A stretch of 64,000 bases of DNA from an uncultured Acidobacteriota bacterium (GTDB taxonomy: Bacteria; Acidobacteriota; Thermoanaerobaculia; UBA5066; DATFVB01): contig CAWEYG010000003.1 in the NCBI GenBank assembly GCA_963813155.1, forward strand, positions 544,001 through 608,000. Direction: 5' to 3'. The notes below the pieces were generated by a model, which worked only from the letters and a program-made list of their open reading frames with translations, was not told the origin of the DNA and did not search any database. This document shows positions 21,345 to 31,603 of this stretch, piece after piece. Position numbers and translations under genes: made by a program. The stretch's first letter is position 1. Every line of letters starts with the position of its first letter.

Positions 21345-22088
21345 TCAGAAGGTCTGACCCGCCCGGGCGACGACTTCGTCGACGACGAGCGACCCGATGT
21401 CCGACCCTTCGACGACCCGGCGGATGTTCCCGGCGGTCAGCAGATTGAAGACCTTGATCGGGATGCGGTTGTCGCGGCAGAGCGCGACGGCGGCCGCGTC
21501 CATGACCTTCAGGTCCTGTTCGAGCGCCTGGCGGTACGTCACGAACGGAAGCAGCTTCGCGTTGCGGTCGAGCCTGGGATCCGCCGTGTAGACGCCGTCG
21601 ACGCGCGTCGCCTTGAGGAGAACGTCCGCTCGAATTTCGTTCGCGCGCAGCGCGGCCGCCGTGTCGGTCGTGAAGAACGGGTTTCCCGTGCCGCCGACGA
21701 ATAGAACGACCCTCTTCTTTTCCAGGTGGCGCATGGCGCGGCGGCGGATGAACGGCTCGGCGATCTGGCGCATCTCGATTGCGGAGATGAGCCGGGTGCT
21801 GATGTCACGTTTTTCGAGGGCGTCCTGCATCGCGAGCCCGTTGATGATCGTCGCGAGCATGCCCATGTGGTCGCCCGAGACTCGGTCGATGCCGGACGCC
21901 GCGGCCGTGACGCCGCGGATGATGTTCCCGCCGCCGAGGACGAGCGCCGTCTCCGTGCCGAGGCCGTGGACCTCCGCGATCTCGTCCGCGATCCGCGAGA
22001 TCCGCTCGGGGTCGATCCCGAACGAGCGGTCGCCCATGAGGGCTTCGCCGGAGATCTTGAGGAGGATTCTTTTGTAGACCGCGCCCAC
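21345..22088 (-). CDS. pyrH: Uridylate kinase
   Basis: [37 protein letters not shown]. Confidence 0.96.
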   Translation of the reverse strand: MGAVYKRILLKISGEALMGDRSFGIDPERISRIADEIAEVHGLGTETALVLGGGNIIRGVTAAASGIDRVSGDHMGMLATIINGLAMQDALEKRDISTRLISAIEMRQIAEPFIRRRAMRHLEKKRVVLFVGGTGNPFFTTDTAAALRANEIRADVLLKATRVDGVYTADPRLDRNAKLLPFVTYRQALEQDLKVMDAAAVALCRDNRIPIKVFNLLTAGNIRRVVEGSDIGSLVVDEVVARAGQTF

Positions 22089-22123
22089 GGGAGGGATTCT
22101 AAACGAATCCGCGGTCCGTGTAT

Positions 22124-23032
22124 CTACCGGCTTTGCGCCGCGACTTCCGCCGCGAAATCGTTCTCGCGCTTCGCGAGGCCTTCGCCGAGCTTGTAGCGGA
22201 GGAACCGCAGCCCCTGCGCCTTCTCTCCCCCGCGAGCCTTCAGCACCTGGCCCACCGTCTGCTTGTCGTCGCGGACGTACGCCTGCTCGAGAAGGACCGC
22301 ATCCTGGTAGAACTTCTCGACCTTGCCGTCGGCGATCTTCTCGATGACCGGGGCGGGCTTGCCGGAGGCCGCGGCCTGGGCCTTCGCGATTTCGCGCTCG
22401 GCGTCCAGAACGCTTTGCGGCACGTCTTCCTTGCGGCCGAACCGCGGCTCCGCCGCGGCGACGTGCATCGCGACGTCGCGGGCGAGGTCCGCCGGGCCTC
22501 CCGGAATGCCGATCAGCACGCCGATGCGGCCGTTGCCGTGAACGTAGGTCGAGAAGACCTCGCCGGGCGTCGCCGTCCATCTCGCGAACCGCCGAATCGA
22601 CATGTTCTCGCCGATCCGGCCGACAAGGTGCGCGAGCGCCTCGCCGATCGTCGCGCCTTCTTCCGTCGGGGACGAGAGCGACGCAAGCGCCGCCACCTCG
22701 CCGTCCGAGGTGTCGCCGAAAGCGGAGTGCACCGCGATCCGCTCGGAGAGCTTCTCGACGAGGACCTGGAATTCTTCCGTCTTCGCGACGAAATCGGTCT
22801 CGCAGTTGACTTCCAGCAGCACCGCCGCCTGCGGATGGACCTTCGCGGAAACGAGACCCTCCGTCGCGGCCCGGCCGGCCTTCTTCGCGGCGGCGGCGAG
22901 ACCCTTCTTGCGGAGGATCTTCGTCGCTTCCTCGGAATCGCCGTTGGCTTCCTTGAGCGCGGCCTTGCACTCCATCATCCCCGCGCCGGTGGCCTGGCGC
23001 AGGTCGTTGACCATCTTCGCGGTGATTTCCAT
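22124..23032 (-). CDS. tsf: Elongation factor Ts
   Basis: [27 protein letters not shown]. Confidence 0.97.
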   Translation of the reverse strand: MEITAKMVNDLRQATGAGMMECKAALKEANGDSEEATKILRKKGLAAAAKKAGRAATEGLVSAKVHPQAAVLLEVNCETDFVAKTEEFQVLVEKLSERIAVHSAFGDTSDGEVAALASLSSPTEEGATIGEALAHLVGRIGENMSIRRFARWTATPGEVFSTYVHGNGRIGVLIGIPGGPADLARDVAMHVAAAEPRFGRKEDVPQSVLDAEREIAKAQAAASGKPAPVIEKIADGKVEKFYQDAVLLEQAYVRDDKQTVGQVLKARGGEKAQGLRFLRYKLGEGLAKRENDFAAEVAAQSR

Positions 23033-23038
23033 GGCGTT

Positions 23039-23800
23039 CTACCCGGCCACGGCGCCGAAAGTCTCGGAGCTCTCCGCCGCCGGAGTCTCCGCGGGCTCAC
23101 CGCCGATCCGCTCGTCATGGGCGTGCAGACCTTCGAGAATGGAATCGGCAACCTTGCTCGTGAAAAGGCGAATCGCGCGGATCGCGTCGTCGTTTCCGGG
23201 GATCACGTAATCCACCAGCTCCGGGTCGCAGTTCGTGTCGACGACGGCGACGATCGGGATCTTCAGGGAGTGCGCCTCTTTGACGGCGATGTGCTCTTTC
23301 TTCGGATCGATGATGAAGAGAGCGTCGGGCAGCTCGTCCATTTCCTTGATCCCGGAGAGATTCTTCTCGAGCTTCTCTTTTTCCCGTTCGAGACGGATGC
23401 GCTCTTTCTTCGTCAGGTTCTCGTTGTCCGTGTCGGTCAGCGAGGCCTCGATCTCTTTCAACCGGTGAATCGACTTGCGAATCGTCGTGAAATTCGTCAG
23501 CGTGCCGCCGAGCCAGCGGGTGTTCACGAAGAACATTCCGCAGCGATTCGCCTCTTCGTAGACGGCGTCCTGCGCCTGTCTCTTGGTGCCCACGAAAAGG
23601 ATGTTCTTGCCGGCGACGGCAAGCGATGTCACGAATTCCGAGGCTTGTTTGAACTGCTTGAGCGTCTTTTGCAGGTCGATGATGTAGATCCCGTTGCGCT
23701 TTCCAAAAATGAACTTCTTCATTTTCGGGTTCCAGCGCTTCGTCTGATGACCGAAATGGACGCCAGCCTCGAGCAGTTCTTTCATCGAAATAGAAGCCAG
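23039..23800 (-). CDS. rpsB: 30S ribosomal protein S2
   Basis: [30 protein letters not shown]; SD position points to a CTG start at 23800 (next in-frame ATG is at 23785). Confidence 0.95.
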   Translation of the reverse strand: MASISMKELLEAGVHFGHQTKRWNPKMKKFIFGKRNGIYIIDLQKTLKQFKQASEFVTSLAVAGKNILFVGTKRQAQDAVYEEANRCGMFFVNTRWLGGTLTNFTTIRKSIHRLKEIEASLTDTDNENLTKKERIRLEREKEKLEKNLSGIKEMDELPDALFIIDPKKEHIAVKEAHSLKIPIVAVVDTNCDPELVDYVIPGNDDAIRAIRLFTSKVADSILEGLHAHDERIGGEPAETPAAESSETFGAVAG

Positions 23801-23857
23801 ATCACACCTCCTTCAAAACCGCGGAAAGGCCGGAATGGCTTTTCCGAAACAGCAAAA

Positions 23858-24253
23858 TCAACGTTTCGAGAACTGGAACCGGGCTCGCGCGCCCTTCTGC
23901 CCGTACTTCTTGCGCTCCTTGACCCGCGAGTCGCGGGTGAGGAGACCTTCCTTTTTCAGCTTCGGGCGCAATTCCGCGTTGTAAACGAGGAGCGCGCGGG
24001 AAATCCCGTGCCGGATCGCGCCGGCCTGGCCGGCGGGTCCCCCTCCCATGACGGTGACGCCGATGTCGAATTTGTCGGCCGTCTCGGTCAGAGCGAGGGG
24101 CTGCCGGATGATCATCTTGAGGACCTTGTTCGGAAAGTACTCGTCGAACGGATGGTCGTTGACCTTGATCTCGCCCGATCCGGGCCTGAGGTAGACGCGG
24201 GCCACCGCTTCCTTGCGTCGGCCCGTTCCGTAGTACTGAAGCGTCGATGCCAA
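23858..24253 (-). CDS. rpsI: 30S ribosomal protein S9
   Basis: [24 protein letters not shown]. Confidence 0.97.
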   Translation of the reverse strand: MASTLQYYGTGRRKEAVARVYLRPGSGEIKVNDHPFDEYFPNKVLKMIIRQPLALTETADKFDIGVTVMGGGPAGQAGAIRHGISRALLVYNAELRPKLKKEGLLTRDSRVKERKKYGQKGARARFQFSKR

Positions 24254-24266
24254 GTGGACCTCCTCC

Positions 24267-24707
24267 TTATGCCCGCGCCGCGATCGTCTTCGGGCGCTGC
24301 GCCTCGTGCGGGTGCGTGGACCCGGCGTAAACTTTCAGCTTCTTGAACTGCTTCCGGCCGAGGGAATTCTTCGGAAGCATTCCCTTGACGGCTTCCTCGA
24401 TCATTTTCTCGGGGTGCTTCGCCCGCATTTCCGCGGCGGGCGTCGAACGGAGGCCGCCCGGAAAACCCGTGTGGCGCCGGTAGACCTTCGCCTGCTCCTT
24501 CGCGCCCGTCAGGACCGCCTTTTCGGCGTTGATGACGACGACGAAGTCCCCGTTGTCCAGCGACGGCGAATACGCCGCCTTGTTCTTGCCCATCAGAATC
24601 TTCGCGGCGCGGGACGCGATCCGCCCGACCGCCGTCCCCTGCGCGTCGACCACGTACCAGTTGTGCCGAACCTGGTCCCTCTTGACCACCATCGTCTTCG
24701 AAGACAT
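24267..24707 (-). CDS. rplM: 50S ribosomal protein L13
   Basis: [32 protein letters not shown]. Confidence 0.96.
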   Translation of the reverse strand: MSSKTMVVKRDQVRHNWYVVDAQGTAVGRIASRAAKILMGKNKAAYSPSLDNGDFVVVINAEKAVLTGAKEQAKVYRRHTGFPGGLRSTPAAEMRAKHPEKMIEEAVKGMLPKNSLGRKQFKKLKVYAGSTHPHEAQRPKTIAARA

Positions 24708-24807
24708 CCACACTCCAATTGACTTGCGTCGGAACCTTAACTCCGGACGCCGTCGCGCGGCGCCACACCGACCCGGACGCAGTACTCCCTTCGGCAAGGG
24801 GACGAAC

Positions 24808-24836
24808 AAGATAACGGGAACCCGGCGCAGTGTCAA
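24808..24836 (-). promoter_or_regulatory. Sigma70-type promoter of the rplM operon
   Basis: Minus strand TTGACA-17 nt-TATCTT. Confidence 0.75.
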
Positions 24837-24878
24837 GCGCTTAGCAGGCCGCTGAATCCGGGTTAAGCTGCCCGCGAC

Positions 24879-25574
24879 ATGACGGATCTCGACAAATCCG
24901 GCGCCACGATCTCCGGGATGTTTTCGTCGATTGCCGGCCGGTACGACTTCCTCAACCACGTCCTTTCGGCAAATTGGGACCGCCGCTGGCGGCGAATCGC
25001 AGCCGGTTCCCTCAACGGGCGCCACCGGAGGGTGCTCGACCTGGCCACCGGAACCGGCGACCTCGCGATCGCGGTCGGGAGAGAGGGACGCACGGTCGCC
25101 GGAGCGGATTTCTGCCTCGACATGCTCGCCATCGCCCGGGTGAAGACCCGGAAATCCGGCTCGCGCCCCGTCGCGCTTTCCGCGGCCGACGCGCTCCGCC
25201 TGCCGTTCGGCGACGCGTCGTTCGACGCCGTCACGGTCGGTTTCGGCGTGCGGAATTTTGCCGATCTTTCGCGGGGGCTGTCGGAGATCCGGCGCGTCCT
25301 CCGGCCCGGCGGAAAGCTCCTGATCCTCGAGTTTTCGCAGCCGCGAGGCCTATGGGGCGCGCTGTATCGCTCGTATTCCGGCCGCGTTCTTCCGCGAATC
25401 GGGAAGCTGCTGTCCGGCTCACGCCCGGCGTACGAGTACCTGAGCCGTTCGGCGAGGGAGTGGCCGGCGAAGGAGGAGTTTTCCTCGGCGCTCGAGCGGT
25501 CCGGGTTCTCGAACGTCTCTGCGCGAACGCTCGCGCTCGGCGTCGTGGCCCTTCACGAGGCCGTCAAGCCATGA
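24879..25574 (+). CDS. ubiE: UbiE/MenG-family (demethylmenaquinone) methyltransferase
   Basis: [40 protein letters not shown]. Confidence 0.88.
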   Translation: MTDLDKSGATISGMFSSIAGRYDFLNHVLSANWDRRWRRIAAGSLNGRHRRVLDLATGTGDLAIAVGREGRTVAGADFCLDMLAIARVKTRKSGSRPVALSAADALRLPFGDASFDAVTVGFGVRNFADLSRGLSEIRRVLRPGGKLLILEFSQPRGLWGALYRSYSGRVLPRIGKLLSGSRPAYEYLSRSAREWPAKEEFSSALERSGFSNVSARTLALGVVALHEAVKP

Positions 25575-26419
25575 GCGCGCGAGTCCTCGAGGGCACCGGC
25601 CTCGCGGAAATTCTGCGTTCCGAAGCGGCCCGGGAAGCAAGATCGTTCGCGGAAACGGCCGGGCGGCCCCCGGGTCTCCGCGTTATCCTCGTCGGCGACG
25701 ATCCGGGGTCCGCGGTCTACGTCCGGTCCAAGGAGAAAGCGGCTCTGGCGGCGGGGCTGCTGGCCGAGACCGTCCGGCTCCCCTCCTCCGCTTCGGAGGC
25801 CGAGCTCCTCGACCAGGTCGCCGACGCGAATCGCTCGACCCGGATCGACGGCCTCCTCGTCCAGATGCCTCTCCCGGCGGCGATCCGCCCCCGGAAGGTC
25901 CTCGACGCGATCGATCCCTCGAAAGACGTCGACGGCTTTCATCCCGTCAACGTCGGCCTGCTCCAGCAGGGGCGTCCCCGCTTCGTCCCCTGCACGCCCG
26001 CGGGAATCCTCGAGCTGCTTCGCCGCGAGAATCTTCCGATCGAGGGCCGGCACGCGGTCATCGTCGGCCGCAGCGAAATCGTCGGAAAACCGATGGCCGC
26101 GCTGCTCCTCGGCGCGAATGCGACGGTCACGATCGCCCACTCGAAGACGCGAGATCTTCCGGCCGTCTGCCGGACGGCGGACATCCTCGTCGTCGCGATG
26201 GGCAAGGCCCGCTTCGTCACCCGCGATTTCATCCGCCCCGGAGCGGTCGTGATCGACGTCGGGATCAACCGCCTCGACACGGGCCTCTGCGGCGACGTCG
26301 ACTTCGAGGCGGCGCGCGAAGTCGCCTCCGCGATCACGCCGGTTCCGAAGGGCGTCGGCCCGCTCACCGTTGCGATGCTCCTGAAGAACACGGTGAAGGC
26401 GGCCGTGGAGAGGGGCTGA
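25571..26419 (+). CDS. folD: Methylenetetrahydrofolate dehydrogenase/cyclohydrolase
   Basis: YVRSK, KDVDGFHPVN, PCTPAG, GRSEIVGKP, ITPVPKGVGPLT. Confidence 0.95.
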   Translation: MSARVLEGTGLAEILRSEAAREARSFAETAGRPPGLRVILVGDDPGSAVYVRSKEKAALAAGLLAETVRLPSSASEAELLDQVADANRSTRIDGLLVQMPLPAAIRPRKVLDAIDPSKDVDGFHPVNVGLLQQGRPRFVPCTPAGILELLRRENLPIEGRHAVIVGRSEIVGKPMAALLLGANATVTIAHSKTRDLPAVCRTADILVVAMGKARFVTRDFIRPGAVVIDVGINRLDTGLCGDVDFEAAREVASAITPVPKGVGPLTVAMLLKNTVKAAVERG

Positions 26420-26423
26420 GGTC

Positions 26424-27026
26424 GTGCTCCGAGTCGGGTTGACCGGCGGCGTCGCGTCGGGGAAAACGACGGCTGGCGAATTCTTCGCGAAGCTCGGCGC
26501 GGCGGTTTTCGACGCGGACCGGATCGTCGCGGAGTCGTACGAGCCGGGACAGCCCGGAACGCGAGCCGTCTCGGAGCTCTTCGGCAAGGAGTTCGTTCGC
26601 CCCGGGGGCGCCGTGGACAAGGCGAGAGTCGCCGCCCGCGTCTTCCAGGACGACGCGGCGCGCCGCCAGCTGGAAGCGGCGATTCATCCGCTCGTCGTTT
26701 CGGAGCTTCGAAAGCGTTTCGCCGCGGCCGAAAAAGAGGGCCGCAACGTCGCTGTTGCCGAAGCCTCGCAGATCTTCGAGGCGGGATACGAGAACGAGTT
26801 TGACCGCGTGGTTCTCGTCGTCTCGCCTGAAATCGCCCGGATGAAGCGATGGCGGGAGAAGGGCCTCGAACCCGAAGAGCTCTCCCGGCGCATGGCCGCC
26901 CAGGTCGTGGAGAACGAGGCGCGAAAGAAGGCCGACGACGTGATCGTGAACACCGGGACCCCGGAAGAGCTCCGCGAAAAAGTCGAAGCCCTCTTCGCCG
27001 GATGGAATCGGGGGCCGGGGACCTAG
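26424..27026 (+). CDS. coaE: Dephospho-CoA kinase
   Basis: VGLTGGVASGKT, DADRI, LEAAIHP. Confidence 0.92.
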   Translation: MLRVGLTGGVASGKTTAGEFFAKLGAAVFDADRIVAESYEPGQPGTRAVSELFGKEFVRPGGAVDKARVAARVFQDDAARRQLEAAIHPLVVSELRKRFAAAEKEGRNVAVAEASQIFEAGYENEFDRVVLVVSPEIARMKRWREKGLEPEELSRRMAAQVVENEARKKADDVIVNTGTPEELREKVEALFAGWNRGPGT

Positions 27027-27571
27027 ATCTTCTCCCTCTGGAGCCTCGCCCGGAGCTCCTCCCACGCCTTTCGGCGATGGGAAATCGCGTTTTTTTCTTC
27101 CGCCGTCATTTCCGCGAACGTCCGGTCGGATCCGAGGGGAATGAAGATCGAATCCCAGCCGAAACCGCGATCCCCCCGGGGCTTCGGCGCAATCGACCCT
27201 TCGAGGCGGCCGACGGCCGTCACCTGGGCGGTCTCCGACCGGTACGCGAGGACGCAGAGCGCCGTCGCGGCGCGGTCGGCGAATCCGTCGAGGGACCGGC
27301 AGAGAGCCTCGAGACCCGCGGACTGTTCGAACCACTTGATGAACGGCCCGGGCAGGCCCCCCCAGGCCGAGAAACCCAGAGCCGAGTCTTCGACGACGCA
27401 CGCGCGCTCGAGCCGGCGAAAGGCCTCCCGCGACTTTTCGCGCGCGACCTCTTCGACGGTCGCCGCCTGGATCTCCGGCAGGTCGATCTCCACCTGCTCG
27501 AGATTTCGCCCGAAAATCTCGCGTGCCTCGCGCGCCTTCCCCTCCGAGCCGGTCACCAGAACGAGGTCCAT
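27023..27571 (-). CDS. rdgB: Non-canonical purine NTP pyrophosphatase (Ham1/ITPase)
   Basis: EDSALGF, GLPGPFIKWF, FGWDSIF, EKNAISHR. Confidence 0.9.
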   Translation of the reverse strand: MDLVLVTGSEGKAREAREIFGRNLEQVEIDLPEIQAATVEEVAREKSREAFRRLERACVVEDSALGFSAWGGLPGPFIKWFEQSAGLEALCRSLDGFADRAATALCVLAYRSETAQVTAVGRLEGSIAPKPRGDRGFGWDSIFIPLGSDRTFAEMTAEEKNAISHRRKAWEELRARLQREKI

Positions 27572-27690
27572 GTCCCGATTATGCGCCATCCCTCCCGCCT
27601 TCGCCGCGAGTCAACCTTCCCCGGTCTTCGCTCGTCCAGATATCTATAATGATTGCGGCCTGTGAGAGTGTCTTGACTGAATCCGGACGC

Positions 27691-29376
27691 ATGTGCGACC
27701 AGTGCGGGGCCCCGAACGCGGCGCCCTCCCGGTATTGCTCCGCCTGCGGCTCCGAGATTGTGATGTTCAAGCCCGGCGAAATCGTCGACGGCAAGTACGA
27801 GATCCTCGGCAAAGTGGCCGAAGGCGGTATGGGCGAGGTTTATCGCGCCCGGCATCTCCATCTCGACGACGTTCGGATCATCAAGGTGATGAAGACGCTC
27901 GGCGGCGACGACGCGACCTCGCAGCGCCGATTCTCCGAGGAAGCGCGGCTCGCGACCCAGGTCCGGCATCCGAACGTCGCCGCCCTGTACGATTTCTCGA
28001 AGCTTCCGTCCGGCAGTTACTACATGGTCTGGGAGTTCATTGACGGCGAAACCCTGCTCCACCGTCTCCGCCGGGTGGGCCGGCTGTCGCCGGAAGAAGC
28101 GATCGACATCGGAATCCAGGTTCTCTCCGGTCTCGGCGAAATTCACCGGACCCGCGTCGTCCACCGCGACGTCTCTCCGGACAACATCATGATCGTCGTC
28201 CGGGACGGGCGGCGCGTCGCGAAAATCATCGATCTCGGCATCGCGAAGAGGATCGCGCAGGACCGGCTCGGCATGACGGCCACCGGGATGTTCCTCGGAA
28301 AGCTCAAATACTGCTCTCCCGAGCAGGCCGGGGCGGCAGGCGGCGAAACGCTCGACGGCCGGAGCGACCTGTATTCGTTCGGCGCCGTCCTCTACGAAAT
28401 GCTCTCCGGAAAGCCGCTGTTCGAGTCGCCGACGCCGGAGGGCTACATCGTCAAGCACCTTCAGGAAGCGCCGCCCGTTCTTCTCCGCGACGACCTTCCC
28501 CGGGAGACCGGTTTCCGGCTGTCGGAAATCGTCGACCGGGCGTTGCGAAAGGACCGGGACCGGCGCTTTCAGACCGCGGCGGAGTTCTCGGCCGCGCTCG
28601 CAGCTCTTCTTCCGGTCACGGCGACGATGCCGACCGTTCGATCGGCCGCAGGCGACCACGATCCGACGCTGCCGCTCGAGACTCCGCCCGCCGGCACGAC
28701 GGTCGTCCGGCCCCGGCGCGACGGGGCGCGTTCCCGCGCCCTCGGCGCGGCAGCCGCGTTTTTTCTCTTCGGGGCGCTCGTCATCGGATACGCCTGGAGA
28801 TCCGCCCGCCGGGAAGCGCTCCCGCCGGCGGTATCCGCCCCGGCCGTCCCGCCACCGCCGAGCGCGAAGCCGTCGACGCCTCCGGCGCCCGCGATCGAGA
28901 TCGCGGCTCCACCCCGGATCGTCGAAGCGCCCGGGCCTGCCGCTCCGGTCCCGAAAGCCCGGCGGGCGCCCGCGACGCCGCCCGAAAGCGCGCCGGTCCC
29001 GGCTCCGCCGAAACCGCCCGCTCCGCCCGACGAATCCGCGGCGATTGCGAGATTCGAACAACTCCGCGAAACCGCTGAGAAAGGGTCGCTCCGCGACGTC
29101 GACGCGTTCGTCGATTTCGTCGCGACCTATTTATCCGCCAACCCCGGGACCGCGTTCACCGGCTCGCTCCGTTCCCTCCCCGAGAGGCTCAGGGCCCGAG
29201 GCGACAAGGCGTACGCCAGCGGCCATCCCTGGAGGGCGCTTCGGATCTACCAGATCTGCAGCCGCCTGCCGTCCGCGCCCAACGACCCCGAGTTCGCCGA
29301 ACGGCTTACCGAGCTCCGGGCGCGGCTGCAGGGCCGCCGGCAAATGCTCCGCCGCGAATCCCCGCCGCCGGGATAG
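27691..29376 (+). CDS. Hanks-type Ser/Thr protein kinase with N-terminal Zn ribbon, TM helix and Pro-rich linker
   Basis: EGGMGEVY, HRDVSPDN, DLGIAK, YCSPEQ, SDLYSFG; CDQC...CSAC; start uncertain. Confidence 0.88.
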   Translation: MCDQCGAPNAAPSRYCSACGSEIVMFKPGEIVDGKYEILGKVAEGGMGEVYRARHLHLDDVRIIKVMKTLGGDDATSQRRFSEEARLATQVRHPNVAALYDFSKLPSGSYYMVWEFIDGETLLHRLRRVGRLSPEEAIDIGIQVLSGLGEIHRTRVVHRDVSPDNIMIVVRDGRRVAKIIDLGIAKRIAQDRLGMTATGMFLGKLKYCSPEQAGAAGGETLDGRSDLYSFGAVLYEMLSGKPLFESPTPEGYIVKHLQEAPPVLLRDDLPRETGFRLSEIVDRALRKDRDRRFQTAAEFSAALAALLPVTATMPTVRSAAGDHDPTLPLETPPAGTTVVRPRRDGARSRALGAAAAFFLFGALVIGYAWRSARREALPPAVSAPAVPPPPSAKPSTPPAPAIEIAAPPRIVEAPGPAAPVPKARRAPATPPESAPVPAPPKPPAPPDESAAIARFEQLRETAEKGSLRDVDAFVDFVATYLSANPGTAFTGSLRSLPERLRARGDKAYASGHPWRALRIYQICSRLPSAPNDPEFAERLTELRARLQGRRQMLRRESPPPG

Positions 29377-29385
29377 CATCGCCGG

Positions 29386-30486
29386 ATGATCTCCGGACGG
29401 GCCACGCCCGCACAGACGCTGGAATTCGCGTCCGCCGCGAAGTGCGCGGATCGCCATTTTCGCCAGGCGTTCGAAGGAATCCACTGCTCGTCGATCGGGC
29501 TCGGCACCTACCTCGGCGAAGAGGACGATGCGACCGACCGCGGATTCGAAGAGTCGATCGCCGTCGCTCTCGCCGGCGGCGTCAATGTCTTCGATTCCGC
29601 GCTCAACTACCGCGGGCAAAGAAGCGAGCGAGCCATCGGCCGGGCGCTCGCGCGCGCCGTCGCCGGAGGCCTCCCGCGGGAGGCGTTCTTCGTCTCGACG
29701 AAGGGGGGCTTTCTTCCCCACGACAGCGGCGACCCCCGCCCCCCCGAGGAGTACGTCCGGGAGGAGTATTTCGAGACAAAGATTCTCGCGCCGGAGGACA
29801 TCGCCGCCGGCTGCCACGCCCTTTCCCCCCGGTTTCTCGCGAAGGCCCTCGAGCAGAGCCGGCGAAACCTGGGCCTTTCGACGATCGATCTCTACTATCT
29901 CCACAATCCCGAGACGCAGCTCCAATCGGTCCCGCGCGACGAGTTCCGGCGGCGCCTTCGGCTCGCGTTCGAATTCCTCGAAGGCGAGGTCGCGAAGGGG
30001 ACGATCGCGCGGTGGGGGCTCGCGACGTGGGATTGCCTCCGGGTGCCGCCCCGCCATCCCGCGCATGTTTCTCTCGAAGAGTGTCTCGCCCTCGCCCGCG
30101 AGGTCGCGGGGGACGGCCACCACCTGGAGGCCGTTCAGGCCCCGGTGAACCTCGCCATGCCCCAGGCGATCGCGTTCCCCTCGCAATCGGCCGGCGGACG
30201 GATGATCCCCCTTCTCGACGCCGCGAGCGAGATGGAACTCGCGGTCTTCTCCTCCGCGTCGATCCTCCAGGGGCGTCTCGCGGAAGCGGACCTCCCGCCG
30301 GAAATCGACGATCTCTTCTCGAACGTTCCCGCCGGGGCCCGGCGCGCCCTCCAGCTCCCGAGGTCTTCTGCCGGCGTCACCGCCGCCCTCGTCGGCGTGT
30401 CGAATCCGGAGCACGCGCGCGAGACATTCGCGCTGTCGAAAATCCCTCCCGCCTCGACGGAGGGGATTCGGGCGCTCTTCGCCTGA
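29386..30486 (+). CDS. Aldo/keto reductase family protein
   Basis: SIGLGTY, FDSALNY, SERAIG, VSTKGG, IDLYYLHNP. Confidence 0.88.
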   Translation: MISGRATPAQTLEFASAAKCADRHFRQAFEGIHCSSIGLGTYLGEEDDATDRGFEESIAVALAGGVNVFDSALNYRGQRSERAIGRALARAVAGGLPREAFFVSTKGGFLPHDSGDPRPPEEYVREEYFETKILAPEDIAAGCHALSPRFLAKALEQSRRNLGLSTIDLYYLHNPETQLQSVPRDEFRRRLRLAFEFLEGEVAKGTIARWGLATWDCLRVPPRHPAHVSLEECLALAREVAGDGHHLEAVQAPVNLAMPQAIAFPSQSAGGRMIPLLDAASEMELAVFSSASILQGRLAEADLPPEIDDLFSNVPAGARRALQLPRSSAGVTAALVGVSNPEHARETFALSKIPPASTEGIRALFA

Positions 30487-30529
30487 TGCCGGCCGAAACG
30501 CATCGCGGATTCCGCCCGAGGATGCTCGC

Positions 30530-31591
30530 ATGACGGCCGGTTTTCGGACGACGTTCCCGCCCGGACCCGACGACTATCTCGCCGCCCTGTCGCGCGGCCG
30601 CTGGAATCGCGAATTCGAGGAGCCCTGCCGCGGCCTCGAAGGAGTGCTGGAAGTCTCCGATCTGCTGTGCCTCCCGGTCCCGGGTTCCGGTCTCTCCCTC
30701 GCGGCCGCCGCACAGTCCCACCCGGACGCCGACATCTTCGCGATGGACTCCTCGGCGAGCGAGCCGGAGCTGCGATGGAAGCCGCCGGCCGCGTCGACGC
30801 TCCGCGAGCTCGAGGCGGGCGCCGGAGCTCCGGGCGGGGACACCTTCGTCCTGTCGGCGGAGCCGCGAAACGCGCCGGTGCGATTCCGTCGCGCCGCGGG
30901 CGAGCCCGGGCGCCTCGTCGCGGCATCCGGATTTCGGGTGCTTCGAGTTCCCGTGACCTTCGGCGTCCGCGAGGAGATCCTCGCGAGAATTCCCGAAACG
31001 GCGCGGCGGCTCCTCGACGTCGGGTGCGGCGCCGGAGAGACCGCGGCCGAGGCCCGGCGCCGCATTCCCGGCCTCCGGGCGGCCGGGATCGACCGACACC
31101 CCGGGCTCGCGGAAGCGGCGTCTCGGAATCTCGACGAGTTCTTCTCCGGCGAAGCCGCGGAAGGATTTGCCGAGCTCGAGCGGCGCGGCGCTCGTTTCGA
31201 CACGATCGTCTTCGCCGACTTTCTCGAGCACACGGAGGATCCGTATGTCGTGCTGAAGACGGCGCTTCGGCTCGCGGAGCCCGGCGCGACCCTGATCGTC
31301 AGCGTGCCGAATGCGGCCAGCCTCCCCGTGGTCGAGGACCTCCTCCTCGGACGGTTCGACCCCGTCGCCGCCGGGCCCGCGGACGCGGGGCACCTTCGGT
31401 GGTTCACCCGCCGGCTCCTCGGGGAGCTCCTCGAGAGCGTCGGGCTTCGGGAGATTCGCCTCTCGCCGGTCCCGGTGCCGTCGGACGGGACGGAATTCCT
31501 GGCCCGTCTTCGGGCTTCCCGCGTTGCGCACCTCCCCGAAGAGCTGTGCGCGATTCAGTGGCTCGCGACGGCGACCGTGCCGAAAGAATAG
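30530..31591 (+). CDS. Class I SAM-dependent methyltransferase domain protein
   Basis: LLDVGCGAG, FDTIVFADFLEH, VSVPN, HLRWFTR. Confidence 0.75.
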   Translation: MTAGFRTTFPPGPDDYLAALSRGRWNREFEEPCRGLEGVLEVSDLLCLPVPGSGLSLAAAAQSHPDADIFAMDSSASEPELRWKPPAASTLRELEAGAGAPGGDTFVLSAEPRNAPVRFRRAAGEPGRLVAASGFRVLRVPVTFGVREEILARIPETARRLLDVGCGAGETAAEARRRIPGLRAAGIDRHPGLAEAASRNLDEFFSGEAAEGFAELERRGARFDTIVFADFLEHTEDPYVVLKTALRLAEPGATLIVSVPNAASLPVVEDLLLGRFDPVAAGPADAGHLRWFTRRLLGELLESVGLREIRLSPVPVPSDGTEFLARLRASRVAHLPEELCAIQWLATATVPKE

Positions 31592-31603
31592 CGAGCCCTC
31601 CGG

